Below, piece by piece: positions 40,901 through 55,238 of a stretch of DNA of 64,000 nt. Under the pieces are notes generated by a model. The model was given only the letters and a program-made list of their open reading frames with translations, had not been told where the DNA came from and searched no databases. Position 1 is the first letter of the stretch. Each line of letters begins with the position of its first letter. The position numbers were made by a program, and so were the translations under genes. This DNA comes from Lytechinus pictus (taxonomy: Eukaryota): NCBI RefSeq assembly GCF_037042905.1, contig NC_087252.1:11348001-11412000 (forward strand). Reading direction: 5' to 3'.

Positions 40901-43900
40901 TAGTCATTCCATCGATTTAGGGGTGAACATTGGTGCACAGAAAAGGGGGACGGGGTCTACGATGCCCCGAAAGGTAGGGGGTGCATGGACGAAAATGCTA
41001 TGTATTATATACGTGTATTCCAACAATTCCACTTTGGTTTGGTAATAAATTCGCCGCTAATCGAAATCACCTTTTTATGTCTTGAAAATGAAGCAAATTG
41101 ATCTTCATTAATCATTCCATCGATCTAGGGGTGAACATTGGTGCACAGAAAAGGGGGACGGGGTCTACGGTGCCCCGAAAGGTCGGGGTGCATTGCCGAA
41201 AATATCGCGCGAGCTGTTATGGCGTGCTATATATTATGTACGTGTATTCCAACTATTCCACTTTGGTTTGGTAATAAATTCGCCGCTAATCGAAATCACC
41301 TTTTTATGTCTTGAAAATGAAGCAAATTGATCTTCATTAATCATTCCATCGATCTAGGGGTGAACATTGGTGCACAGAAAAGGGGGACGGGGTCTACGGT
41401 GCCCCGAAAGGTCGGGGTGCATTGCCGAAAATATCGCGCGAGCTGTTATGGCGTGCTATATATTATGTACGTGTATTCCAACTATTCCACTTTGGTGGCC
41501 GGGGGCTGGTAATAAATTCGCCGCTAATCGAAATCACCTTTTTATGTCTTGAAAATAAGCGAAATTGATCTTTATTAGTCATTCCATCGATTTAGGGGTG
41601 AACATTGGTGCACAGAAAAGGGGGACGGGGTCTACGATGCCCCGAAAGGTAGGGGGTGCATGGACGAAAATGCTATGTATTATATACGTGTATTCCAACA
41701 ATTCCACTTTGGTTTGGTAATAAATTCGCCGCTAATCGAAATCACCTTTTTATGTCTTGAAAATGAAGCAAATTGATCTTCATTAATCATTCCATCGATC
41801 TAGGGGTGAACATTGGTGCACAGAAAAGGGGGACGGGGTCTACGGTGCCCCGAAAGGTCGGGGTGCATTGCCGAAAATATCGCGCGAGCTGTTATGGCGT
41901 GCTATACATTATGTACGTGTATTCCAACTATTCCAGTTTGGTGGCCGGGGGCTGGTAATAAATTCGCCGCTAATCGAAATCACCTTTTTATGTCTTGAAA
42001 ATCAGCGAAATTGATCTTTATTAGGCATCCCATCGATTTAGGGGTGAACATTGGTGCACAGAAAAGGGGGACGGGGTCTACGGTGCCCCGAAAGGTCGGG
42101 GTGCATTGCCGAAAATATCGCGCGAGCTGTTATGGCGTGCTATATATTATGTACGTGTATTCCAACTATTCCACTTTGGTGGCCGGGGGCTGGTAATAAA
42201 TTCGCCGCTAATCGAAATCACCTTTTTATGTCTTGAAAATAAGCGAAATTGATCTTTATTAGTCATTTCATCGATTTAGGGGTAAACATTGGTGCACAGA
42301 AAAGGGGGACGGGGTCTACGATGCCCCGAAAGGTAGGGGGTGCATGGACGAAAATGCTATGTATTATATACGTGTATTCCAACAATTCCACTTTGGTTTG
42401 GTAATAAATTCGCCGCTAATCGAAATCACCTTTTTATGTCTTGAAAATGAAGCAAATTGATCTTCATTAATCATTCCATCGATCTAGGGGTGAACATTGG
42501 TGCACAGAAAAGGGGGACGGGGTCTACGGTGCCCCGAAAGGTCGGGGTGCATTGCCGAAAATATCGCGCGAGCTGTTATGGCGTGCTATATATTATGTAC
42601 GTGTATTCCAACTATTCCACTTTGGTTTGGTAATAAATTCGCCGCTAATCGAAATCACCTTTTTATGTCTTGAAAATGAAGCAAATTGATCTTCATTAAT
42701 CATTCCATCGATCTAGGGGTGAACATTGGTGCACAGAAAAGGGGGACGGGGTCTACGGTGCCCCGAAAGGTCGGGGTGCATTGCCGAAAATATCGCGCGA
42801 GCTGTTATGGCGTGCTATATATTATGTACGTGTATTCCAACTATTCCAGTTTGGTGGCCGGGGGCTGGTAATAAATTCGCCGCTAATCGAAATCACCTTT
42901 TTATGTCTTGAAAATCAGCGAAATTGATCTTTATTAGGCATCCCATCGATTTAGGGGTGAACATTGGTGCACAGAAAAGGGGGACGGGGTCTACGGTGCC
43001 CCGAAAGGTCGGGGTGCATTGCCGAAAATATCGCGCGAGCTGTTATGGCGTGCTATATATTATGTACGTGTATTCCAACTATTCCACTTTGGTGGCCGGG
43101 GGCTGGTAATAAATTCGCCGCTAATCGAAATCACCTTTTTATGTCTTGAAAATAAGCGAAATTGATCTTTATTAGTCATTCCATCGATTTAGGGGTGAAC
43201 ATTGGTGCACAGAAAAGGGGGACGGGGTCTACGATGCCCCGAAAGGTAGGGGGTGCATGGACGAAAATGCTATGTATTATATACGTGTATTCCAACAATT
43301 CCACTTTGGTTTGGTAATAAATTCGCCGCTAATCGAAATCACCTTTTTATGTCTTGAAAATGAAGCAAATTGATCTTCATTAATCATTCCATCGATCTAG
43401 GGGTGAACATTGGTGCACAGAAAAGGGGGACGGGGTCTACGGTGCCCCGAAAGGTCGGGGTGCATTGCCGAAAATATCGCGCGAGCTGTTATGGCGTGCT
43501 ATATATTATGTACGTGTATTCCAACTATTCCACTTTGGTTTGGTAATAAATTCGCCGCTAATCGAAATCACCTTTTTATGTCTTGAAAATGAAGCAAATT
43601 GATCTTCATTAATCATTCCATCGATCTAGGGGTGAACATTGGTGCACAGAAAAGGGGGACGGGGTCTACGGTGCCCCGAAAGGTCGGGGTGCATTGCCGA
43701 AAATATCGCGCGAGCTGTTATGGCGTGCTATATATTATGTACGTGTATTCCAACTATTCCAGTTTGGTGGCCGGGGGCTGGTAATAAATTCGCCGCTAAT
43801 CGAAATCACCTTTTTATGTCTTGAAAATCAGCGAAATTGATCTTTATTAGGCATCCCATCGATTTAGGGGTGAACATTGGTGCACAGAAAAGGGGGACGG

Positions 43901-46900
43901 GGTCTACGGTGCCCCGAAAGGTCGGGGTGCATTGCCGAAAATATCGCGCGAGCTGTTATGGCGTGCTATATATTATGTACGTGTATTCCAACTATTCCAC
44001 TTTGGTGGCCGGGGGCTGGTAATAAATTCGCCGCTAATCGAAATCACCTTTTTATGTCTTGAAAATAAGCGAAATGGATCTTTATTAGTCATTCCATCGA
44101 TTTAGGGGTGAACATTGGTGCACAGAAAAGGGGGACGGGGTCTACGATGCCCCGAAAGGTAGGGGGTGCATGGACGAAAATGCTATGTATTATATACGTG
44201 TATTCCAACAATTCCACTTTGGTTTGGTAATAAATTCGCCGCTAATCGAAATCACCTTTTTATGTCTTGAAAATGAAGCAAATTGATCTTCATTAATCAT
44301 TCCATCGATCTAGGGGTGAACATTGGTGCACAGAAAAGGGGGACGGGGTCTACGGTGCCCCGAAAGGTCGGGGTGCATTGCCGAAAATATCGCGCGAGCT
44401 GTTATGGCGTGCTATATATTATGTACGTGTATTCCAACTATTCCACTTTGGTTTGGTAATAAATTCGCCGCTAATCGAAATCACCTTTTTATGTCTTGAA
44501 AATGAAGCAAATTGATCTTCATTAATCATTCCATCGATCTAGGGGTGAACATTGGTGCACAGAAAAGGGGGACGGGGTCTACGGTGCCCCGAAAGGTCGG
44601 GGTGCATTGCCGAAAATATCGCGCGAGCTGTTATGGCGTGCTATATATTATGTACGTGTATTCCAACTATTCCAGTTTGGTGGCCGGGGGCTGGTAATAA
44701 ATTCGCCGCTAATCGAAATCACCTTTTTATGTCTTGAAAATCAGCGAAATTGATCTTTATTAGGCATCCCATCGATTTAGGGGTGAACATTGGTGCACAG
44801 AAAAGGGGGACGGGGTCTACGGTGCCCCGAAAGGTCGGGCTGTATTGCCGAAAATTTCGCGCGAGCTGTTATGGCGTGCTATATATTATGTACGTGTATT
44901 CCAACTATTCCACTTTGGTGGCCGGGGGCTGGTAATAAATTCGCCGCTAATCGAAATCACCTTTTTATGTCTTGAAAATAAGCGAAATTGATCTTTATTA
45001 GTCATTCCATCGATTTAGGGGTGAACATTGGTGCACAGAAAAGGGGGACGGGGTCTACGATGCCCCGAAAGGTAGGGGGTGCATGGACGAAAATGCTATG
45101 TATTATATACGTGTATTCCAACAATTCCACTTTGGTTTCGTAATAAATTCGCCGCTAATCGAAATCACCTTTTTATGTCTTGAAAATGAAGCAAATTGAT
45201 CTTCATTAATCATTCCATCGATCTAGGGGTGAACATTGGTGCACAGAAAAGGGGGACGGGGTCTAAGGTGCCCCGAAAGGTCGGGGTGCATTGCCGAAAA
45301 TATCGCGCGAGCTGTTATGGCGTGCTATATATTATGTACGTGTATTCCAACTATTCCACTTTGGTTTGGTAATAAATTCGCCGCTAATCGAAATCACCTT
45401 TTTATGTCTTGAAAATGAAGCAAATTGATCTTCATTAATCATTCCATCGATCTAGGGGTGAACATTGGTGCACAGAAAAGGGGGACGGGGTCTACGGTGC
45501 CCCGAAAGGTCGGGGTGCATTGCCGAAAATATCGCGCGAGCTGTTATGGCGTGCTATATATTATGTACGTGTATTCCAACTATTCCAGTTTGGTGGCCGG
45601 GGGCTGGTAATAAATTCGCCGCTAATCGAAATCACCTTTTTATGTCTTGAAAATCAGCGAAATTGATCTTTATTAGGCATCCCATCGATTTAGGGGTGAA
45701 CATTGGTGCACAGAAAAGGGGGACGGGGTCTACGGTGCCCCGAAAGGTCGGGGTGCATTGCCGAAAATATCGCGCGAGCTGTTATGGCGTGCTATATATT
45801 ATGTACGTGTATTCCAACTATTCCACTTTGGTGGCCGGGGGCTGGTAATAAATTCGCCGCTAATCGAAATCACCTTTTTATGTCTTGAAAATAAGCGAAA
45901 TTGATCTTTATTAGTCATTCCATCGATTAAGGGGTGAACATTGGTGCACAGAAAAGGGGGACGGGGTCTACGATGCCCCGAAAGGTAGGGGGTGCATGGA
46001 CGAAAATGCTATGTATTATATACGTGTATTCCAACAATTCCACTTTGGTTTGGTAATAAATTCGCCGCTAATCGAAATCACCTTTTTATGTCTTGAAAAT
46101 GAAGCAAATTGATCTTCATTAATCATTCCATCGATCTAGGGGTGAACATTGGTGCACAGAAAAGGGGGACGGGGTCTACGGTGCCCCGAAAGGTCGGGGT
46201 GCATTGCCGAAAATATCGCGCGAGCTGTTATGGCGTGCTATATATTATGTACGTGTATTCCAACTATTCCACTTTGGTTTGGTAATAAATTCGCCGCTAA
46301 TCGAAATCACCTTTTTATGTCTTGAAAATGAAGCAAATTGATCTTCATTAATCATTCCATCGATCTAGGGGTGAACATTGGTGCACAGAAAAGGGGGACG
46401 GGGTCTACGGTGCCCCGAAAGGTCGGGGTGCATTGCCGAAAATATCGCGCGAGCTGTTATGGCGTGCTATATATTATGTACGTGTATTCCAACTATTCCA
46501 GTTTGGTGGCCGGGGGCTGGTAATAAATTCGCCGCTAATCGAAATCACCTTTTTATGTCTTGAAAATCAGCGAAATTGATCTTTATTAGGCATCCCATCG
46601 ATTTAGGGGTGAACATTGGTGCACAGAAAAGGGGGACGGGGTCTACGGTGCCCCGAAAGGTCGGGGTGCATTGCCGAAAATATCGCGCGAGCTGTTATGG
46701 CGTGCTATATATTATGTACGTGTATTCCAACTATTCCACTTTGGTGGCCGGGGGCTGGTAATAAATTCGCCGCTAATCGAAATCACCTTTTTATGTCTTG
46801 AAAATAAGCGAAATTGATCTTTATTAGTCATTCCATCGATTTAGGGGTGAACATTGGTGCACAGAAAAGGGGGACGGGGTCTACGATGCCCCGAAAGGTA

Positions 46901-49900
46901 GGGGGTGCATGGACGAAAATGCTATGTATTATATACGTGTATTCCAACAATTCCACTTTGGTTTGGTAATAAATTCGCCGCTAATCGAAATCACCTTTTT
47001 ATGTCTTGAAAATGAAGCAAATTGATCTTCATTAATCATTCCATCGATCTAGGGGTGAACATTGGTGCACAGAAAAGGGGGACGGGGTCTACGGTGCCCC
47101 GAAAGGTCGGGGTGCATTGCCGAAAATATCGCGCGAGCTGTTATGGCGTGCTATATATTATGTACGTGTATTCCAACTATTCCACTTTGGTTTGGTAATA
47201 AATTCGCCGCTAATCGAAATCACCTTTTTATGTCTTGAAAATGAAGCAAATTGATCTTCATTAATCATTCCATCGATCTAAGGGTGAACATTGGTGCACA
47301 GAAAAGGGGGACGGGGTCTACGGTGCCCCGAAAGGTCGGGGTGCATTGCCGAAAATATCGCGCGAGCTGTTATGGCGTGCTATATATTATGTACGTGTAT
47401 TCCAACTATTCGAGTTTGGTGGCCGGGGGCTGGTAATAAATTCGCCGCTAATCGAAATCACCTTTTTATGTCTTGAAAATCAGCGAAATTGATCTTTATT
47501 AGGCATCCCATCGATTTAGGGGTGAACATTGGTGCACAGAAAAGGGGGACGGGGTCTACGGTGCCCCGAAAGGTCGGGGTGCATTGCCGAAAATATCGCG
47601 CGAGCTGTTATGGCGTGCTATATATTATGTACGTGTATTCCAACTATTCCACTTTGGTGGCCGGGGGCTGGTAATAAATTCGCCGCTAATCGAAATCACC
47701 TTTTTATGTCTTGAAAATAAGCGAAATTGATCTTTATTAGTCATTCCATCGATTTAGGGGTGAACATTGGTGCACAGAAAAGGGGGACGGGGTCTACGAT
47801 GCCCCGAAAGGTAGGGGGTGCATGGACGAAAATGCTATGTATTATATACGTGTATTCCAACAATTCCACTTTGGTTTGGTAATAAATTCGCCGCTAATCG
47901 AAATCACCTTTTTATGTCTTGAAAATGAAGCAAATTGATCTTCATTAATCATTCCATCGATCTAGGGGTGAACATTGGTGCACAGAAAAGGGGGACGGGG
48001 TCTACGGTGCCCCGAAAGGTCGGGGTGCATTGCCGAAAATATCGCGCGAGCTGTTATGGCGTGCTATATATTATGTACGTGTATTCCAACTATTCCACTT
48101 TGGTTTGGTAATAAATTCGCCGCTAATCGAAATCACCTTTTTATGTCTTGAAAATGAAGCAAATTGATCTTCATTAATCATTCCATCGATCTAGGGGTGA
48201 ACATTGGTGCACAGAAAAGGGGGACGGGGTCTACGGTGCCCCGAAAGGTCGGGGTGCATTGCCGAAAATATCGCGCGAGCTGTTATGGCGTGCTATATAT
48301 TATGTACGTGTATTCCAACTATTCCAGTTTGGTGGCCGGGGGCTGGTAATAAATTCGCCGCTAATCGAAATCACCTTTTTATGTCTTGAAAATCAGCGAA
48401 ATTGATCTTTATTAGGCATCCCATCGATTTAGGGGTGAACATTGGTGCACAGAAAAGGGGGACGGGGTCTACGGTGCCCCGAAAGGTCGGGGTGCATTGC
48501 CGAAAATATCGCGCGAGCTGTTATGGCGTGCTATATATTATGTACGTGTATTCCGACTATTCCACTTTGGTGGCCGGGGGCTGGTAATAAATTCGCCGCT
48601 AATCGAAATCACCTTTTTATGTCTTGAAAATAAGCGAAATTGATCTTTATTAGTCATTCCATCGATTTAGGGGTGAATATTGGTGCACAGAAAAGGGGGA
48701 CGGGGTCTACGATGCCCCGAAAGGTAGGGGGTGCATGGACGAAAATGCTATGTATTATATACGTGTATTCCAACAATTCCACTTTGGTTTGGTAATAAAT
48801 TCGCCGCTAATCGAAATCACCTTTTTATGTCTTGAAAATGAAGCAAATTGATCTTCATTAATCATTCCATCGATCTAGGGGTGAACATTGGTGCACAGAA
48901 AAGGGGGACGGGGTCTACGGTGCCCCGAAAGGTCGGGGTGCATTGCCGAAAATATCGCGCGAGCTGTTATGGCGTGCTATATATTATGTACGTGTATTCC
49001 AACTATTCCACTTTGGTTTGGTAATAAATTCGCCGCTAATCGAAATCACCTTTTTATGTCTTGAAAATGAAGCAAATTGATCTTCATTAATCATTCCATC
49101 GATCTAGGGGTGAACATTGGTGCACAGAAAAGGGGGACGGGGTCTACGGTGCCCCGAAAGGTCGGGGTGCATTGCCGAAAATATCGCGCGAGCTGTTATG
49201 GCGTGCTATATATTATGTACGTGTATTCCAACTATTCCAGTTTGGTGGCCGGGGGCTGGTAATAAATTCGCCGCTAATCGAAATCACCTTTTTATGTCTT
49301 GAAAATCAGCGAAATTGATCTTTATTAGGCATCCCATCGATTTAGGGGTGAACATTGGTGCACAGAAAAGGGGGACGGGGTCTACGGTGCCCCGAAAGGT
49401 CGGGGTGCATTGCCGAAAATATCGCGCGAGCTGTTATGGCGTGCTATATATTATGTACGTGTATTCCAACTATTCCACTTTGGTGGCCGGGGGCTGGTAA
49501 TAAATTCGCCGCTAATCGAAATCACCTTTTTATGTCTTGAAAATAAGCGAAATTGATCTTTATTAGTCATTCCATCGATTTAGGGGTGAACATTGGTGCA
49601 CAGAAAAGGGGGACGGGGTCTACGATGCCCCGAAAGGTAGGGGGTGCATGGACGAAAATGCTATGTATTATATACGTGTATTCCAACAATTCCACTTTGG
49701 TTTGGTAATAAATTCGCCGCTAATCGAAATCACCTTTTTATGTCTTGAAAATGAAGCAAATTGATCTTCATTAATCATTCCATCGATCTAGGGGTGAACA
49801 TTGGTGCACAGAAAAGGGGGACGGGGTCTACGGTGCCCCGAAAGGTCGGGGTGCATTGCCGAAAATATCGCGCGAGCTGTTATGGCGTGCTATATATTAT

Positions 49901-52900
49901 GTACGTGTATTCCAACTATTCCACTTTGGTTTGGTAATAAATTCGCCGCTAATCGAAATCACCTTTTTATGTCTTGAAAATGAAGCAAATTGATCTTCAT
50001 TAATCATTCCATCGATCTAAGGGTGAACATTGGTGCACAGAAAAGGGGGACGGGGTCTACGGTGCCCCGAAAGGTCGGGGTGCATTGCCGAAAATATCGC
50101 GCGAGCTGTTATGGCGTGCTATATATTATGTACGTGTATTCCAACTATTCGAGTTTGGTGGCCGGGGGCTGGTAATAAATTCGCCGCTAATCGAAATCAC
50201 CTTTTTATGTCTTGAAAATCAGCGAAATTGATCTTTATTAGGCATCCCATCGATTTAGGGGTGAACATTGGTGCACAGAAAAGGGGGACGGGGTCTACGG
50301 TGCCCCGAAAGGTCGGGGTGCATTGCCGAAAATATCGCGCGAGCTGTTATGGCGTGCTATATATTATGTACGTGTATTCCAACTATTCCACTTTGGTGGC
50401 CGGGGGCTGGTAATAAATTCGCCGCTAATCGAAATCACCTTTTTATGTCTTGAAAATAAGCGAAATTGATCTTTATTAGTCATTCCATCGATTTAGGGGT
50501 GAACATTGGTGCACAGAAAAGGGGGACGGGGTCTACGATGCCCCGAAAGGTAGGGGGTGCATGGACGAAAATGCTATGTATTATATACGTGTATTCCAAC
50601 AATTCCACTTTGGTTTGGTAATAAATTCGCCGCTAATCGAAATCACCTTTTTATGTCTTGAAAATGAAGCAAATTGATCTTCATTAATCATTCCATCGAT
50701 CTAGGGGTGAACATTGGTGCACAGAAAAGGGGGACGGGGTCTACGGTGCCCCGAAAGGTCGGGGTGCATTGCCGAAAATATCGCGCGAGCTGTTATGGCG
50801 TGCTATATATTATGTACGTGTATTCCAACTATTCCACTTTGGTTTGGTAATAAATTCGCCGCTAATCGAAATCACCTTTTTATGTCTTGAAAATGAAGCA
50901 AATTGATCTTCATTAATCATTCCATCGATCTAGGGGTGAACATTGGTGCACAGAAAAGGGGGACGGGGTCTACGGTGCCCCGAAAGGTCGGGGTGCATTG
51001 CCGAAAATATCGCGCGAGCTGTTATGGCGTGCTATATATTATGTACGTGTATTCCAACTATTCCAGTTTGGTGGCCGGGGGCTGGTAATAAATTCGCCGC
51101 TAATCGAAATCACCTTTTTATGTCTTGAAAATCAGCGAAATTGATCTTTATTAGGCATCCCATCGATTTAGGGGTGAACATTGGTGCACAGAAAAGGGGG
51201 ACGGGGTCTACGGTGCCCCGAAAGGTCGGGGTGCATTGCCGAAAATATCGCGCGAGCTGTTATGGCGTGCTATATATTATGTACGTGTATTCCGACTATT
51301 CCACTTTGGTGGCCGGGGGCTGGTAATAAATTCGCCGCTAATCGAAATCACCTTTTTATGTCTTGAAAATAAGCGAAATTGATCTTTATTAGTCATTCCA
51401 TCGATTTAGGGGTGAATATTGGTGCACAGAAAAGGGGGACGGGGTCTACGATGCCCCGAAAGGTAGGGGGTGCATGGACGAAAATGCTATGTATTATATA
51501 CGTGTATTCCAACAATTCCAATTTGGTTTGGTAATAAATTCGCCGCTAATCGAAATCACCTTTTTATGTCTTGAAAATCAGCGAAATTGATCTTTATTAG
51601 GCATCCCATCGATCTAGGGGTGAACATTGGTGCACAGAAAAGGGGGACGGGGTCTACGGTGCCCCGAAAGGTCGGGGTGCATTGCCGAAAATATCGCGCG
51701 AGCTGTTATGGCGTGCTATATATTATGTACGTGTATTCCAACTATTCCACTTTGGTTTGGTAATAAATTCGCCGCTAATCGAAATCACCTTTTTATGTCT
51801 TGAAAATGAAGCAAATTGATCTTCATTAATCATTCCATCGATCTAGGGGTGAACATTGGTGCACAGAAAAGGGGGACGGGGTCTACGGTGCCCCGAAAGG
51901 TCGGGGTGCATTGCCGAAAATATCGCGCGAGCTGTTATGGCGTGCTATATATTATGTACGTGTATTCCAACTATTCCAGTTTGGTGGCCGGGGGCTGGTA
52001 ATAAATTCGCCGCTAATCGAAATCACCTTTTTATGTCTTGAAAATCAGCGAAATTGATCTTTATTAGGCATCCCATCGATTTAGGGGTGAACATTGGTGC
52101 ACAGAAAAGGGGGACGGGGTCTACGGTGCCCCGAAAGGTCGGGGTGCATTGCCGAAAATATCGCGCGAGCTGTTATGGCGTGCTATATATTATGTACGTG
52201 TATTCCAACTATTCCACTTTGGTGGCCGGGGGCTGGTAATAAATTCGCCGCTAATCGAAATCACCTTTTTATGTCTTGAAAATAAGCGAAATGGATCTTT
52301 ATTAGTCATTCCATCGATTTAGGGGTGAACATTGGTGCACAGAAAAGGGGGACGGGGTCTACGATGCCCCGAAAGGTAGGGGGTGCATGGACGAAAATGC
52401 TTTGTATTATATACGTGTATTCCAACAATTCCACTTTGGTTTGGTAATAAATTCGCCGCTAATCGAAATCACCTTTTTATGTCTTGAAAATAAGCGAAAT
52501 TGATCTTCATTAATCATTCCATCGATCTAGGGGTGAACATTGGTGCACAGAAAAGGGGGACGGGGTCTACGGTGCCCCGAAAGGTCGGGGTGCATTGCCG
52601 AAAATATCGCGCGAGCTGTTATGGCGTGCTATATATTATGTACGTGTATTCCAACTATTCCAGTTTGGTGGCCGGGGGCTGGTAATAAATTCGCCGCTAA
52701 TCGAAATCACCTTTTTATGTCTTGAAAATCAGCGAAATTGATCTTTATTAGGCATCCCATCGATTTAGGGGTGAACATTGGTGCACAGAAAAGGGGGACG
52801 GGGTCTACGGTGCCCCGAAAGGTCGGGGTGCATTGCCGAAAATATCGCGCGAGCTGTTATGGCGTGCTATATATTATGTACGTGTATTCCAACTATTCCA

Positions 52901-55238
52901 CTTTGGTGGCCGGGGGCTGGTAATAAATTCGCCGCTAATCGAAATCACCTTTTTATGTCTTGAAAATAAGCGAAATTGATCTTTATTAGTCATTCCATCG
53001 ATTTAGGGGTGAACATTGGTGCACAGAAAAGGGGGACGGGGTCTACGATGCCCCGAAAGGTAGGGGGTGCATGGACGAAAATGCTATGTATTATATACGT
53101 GTATTCCAACAATTCCACTTTGGTTTGGTAATAAATTCGCGGCTAATCGAAATCACCTTTTTATGTCTTGAAAATGAAGCAAATTGATCTTCATTAATCA
53201 TTCCATCGATCTAGGGGTGAACATTGGTGCACAGAAAAGGGGGACGGGGTCTACGGTGCCCCGAAAGGTCGGGGTGCATTGCCGAAAATATCGCGCGAGC
53301 TGTTATGGCGTGCTATATATTATGTACGTGTATTCCAACTATTCCACTTTGGTTTGGTAATAAATTCGCCGCTAATCGAAATCACCTTTTTATGTCTTGA
53401 AAATGAAGCAAATTGATCTTCATTAATCATTCCATCGATCTAGGGGTGAACATTGGTGCACAGAAAAGGGGGACGGGGTCTACGGTGCCCCGAAAGGTCG
53501 GGGTGCATTGCCGAAAATATCGCGCGAGCTGTTATGGCGTGCTATATATTATGTACGTGTATTCCAACTATTCCAGTTTGGTGGCCGGGGGCTGGTAATA
53601 AATTCGCCGCTAATCGAAATCACCTTTTTATGTCTTGAAAATCAGCGAAATTGATCTTTATTAGGCATCCCATCGATTTAGGGGTGAACATTGGTGCACA
53701 GAAAAGGGGGACGGGGTCTACGGTGCCCCGAAAGGTCGGGGTGCATTGCCGAAAATATCGCGCGAGCTGTTATGGCGTGCTATATATTATGTACGTGTAT
53801 TCCAACTATTCCACTTTGGTGGCCGGGGGCTGGTAATAAATTCGCCGCTAATCGAAATCACCTTTTTATGTCTTGAAAATAAGCGAAATTGATCTTTATT
53901 AGTCATTCCATCGATTTAGGGGTGAACATTGGTGCACAGAAAAGGGGGACGGGGTCTACGATGCCCCGAAAGGTAGGGGGTGCATGGACGAAAATGCTAT
54001 GTATTATATACGTGTATTCCAACAATTCCACTTTGGTTTGGTAATAAATTCGCCGCTAATCGAAATCACCTTTTTATGTCTTGAAAATGAAGCAAATTGA
54101 TCTTCATTAATCATTCCATCGATCTAGGGGTGAACATTGGTGCACAGAAAAGGGGGACGGGGTCTACGGTGCCCCGAAAGGTCGGGGTGCATTGCCGAAA
54201 ATATCGCGCGAGCTGTTATGGCGTGCTATATATTATGTACGTGTATTCCAACTATTCCACTTTGGTTTGGTAATAAATTCGCCGCTAATCGAAATCACCT
54301 TTTTATGTCTTGAAAATGAAGCAAATTGATCTTCATTAATCATTCCATCGATATAGGGGTGAACATTGGTGCACAGAAAAGGGGGACGGGGTCTACGGTG
54401 CCCCGAAAGGTCGGGGTGCATTGCCGAAAATATCGCGCGAGCTGTTATGGCGTGCTATATATTATGTACGTGTATTCCAACTATTCCAGTTTGGTGGCCG
54501 GGGGCTGGTAATAAATTCGCCGCTAATCGAAATCACCTTTTTATGTCTTGAAAATCAGCGAAATTGATCTTTATTAGGCATCCCATCGATTTAGGGGTGA
54601 ACATTGGTGCACAGAAAAGGGGGACGGGGTCTACGGTGCCCCGAAAGGTCGGGGTGCATTGCCGAAAATATCGCGCGAGCTGTTATGGCGTGCTATATAT
54701 TATGTACGTGTATTCCAACTATTCCACTTTGGTGGCCGGGGGCTGGTAATAAATTCGCCGCTAATCGAAATCACCTTTTTATGTCTTGAAAATAAGCGAA
54801 ATTGATCTTTATTAGTCATTCCATCGATTTAGGGGTGAACATTGGTGCACAGAAAAGGGGGACGGGGTCTACGATGCCCCGAAAGGTAGGGGGTGCATGG
54901 ACGAAAATGCTATGTATTATATACGTGTATTCCAACAATTCCACTTTGGTTTGGTAATAAATTCGCCGCTAATCGAAATCACCTTTTTATGTCTTGAAAA
55001 TGAAGCAAATTGATCTTCATTAATCATTCCATCGATCTAGGGGTGAACATTGGTGCACAGAAAAGGGGGACGGGGTCTACGGTGCCCCGAAAGGTCGGGG
55101 TGCATTGCCGAAAATATCGCGCGAGCTGTTATGGCGTGCTATATATTATGTACGTGTATTCCAACTATTCCACTTTGGTTTGGTAATAAATTCGCCGCTA
55201 ATCGAAATCACCTTTTTATGTCTTGAAAATGAAGCAAA
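16920..55238 (+). repeat. 4-mer HOR domain, 913 bp (A-B-D-E), with truncated 446-, 467- and 684-bp variants
   Basis: A starts step by 913 (e.g. 24230, 25143, 26056, 26969, 27882; 42686 to 51816). There are 446-bp units at 28795, 31067, 33577, 39055 and 41327, 467-bp units at 32426 and 34936, and 684-bp units at 32893 and 51816. Confidence 0.95.
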
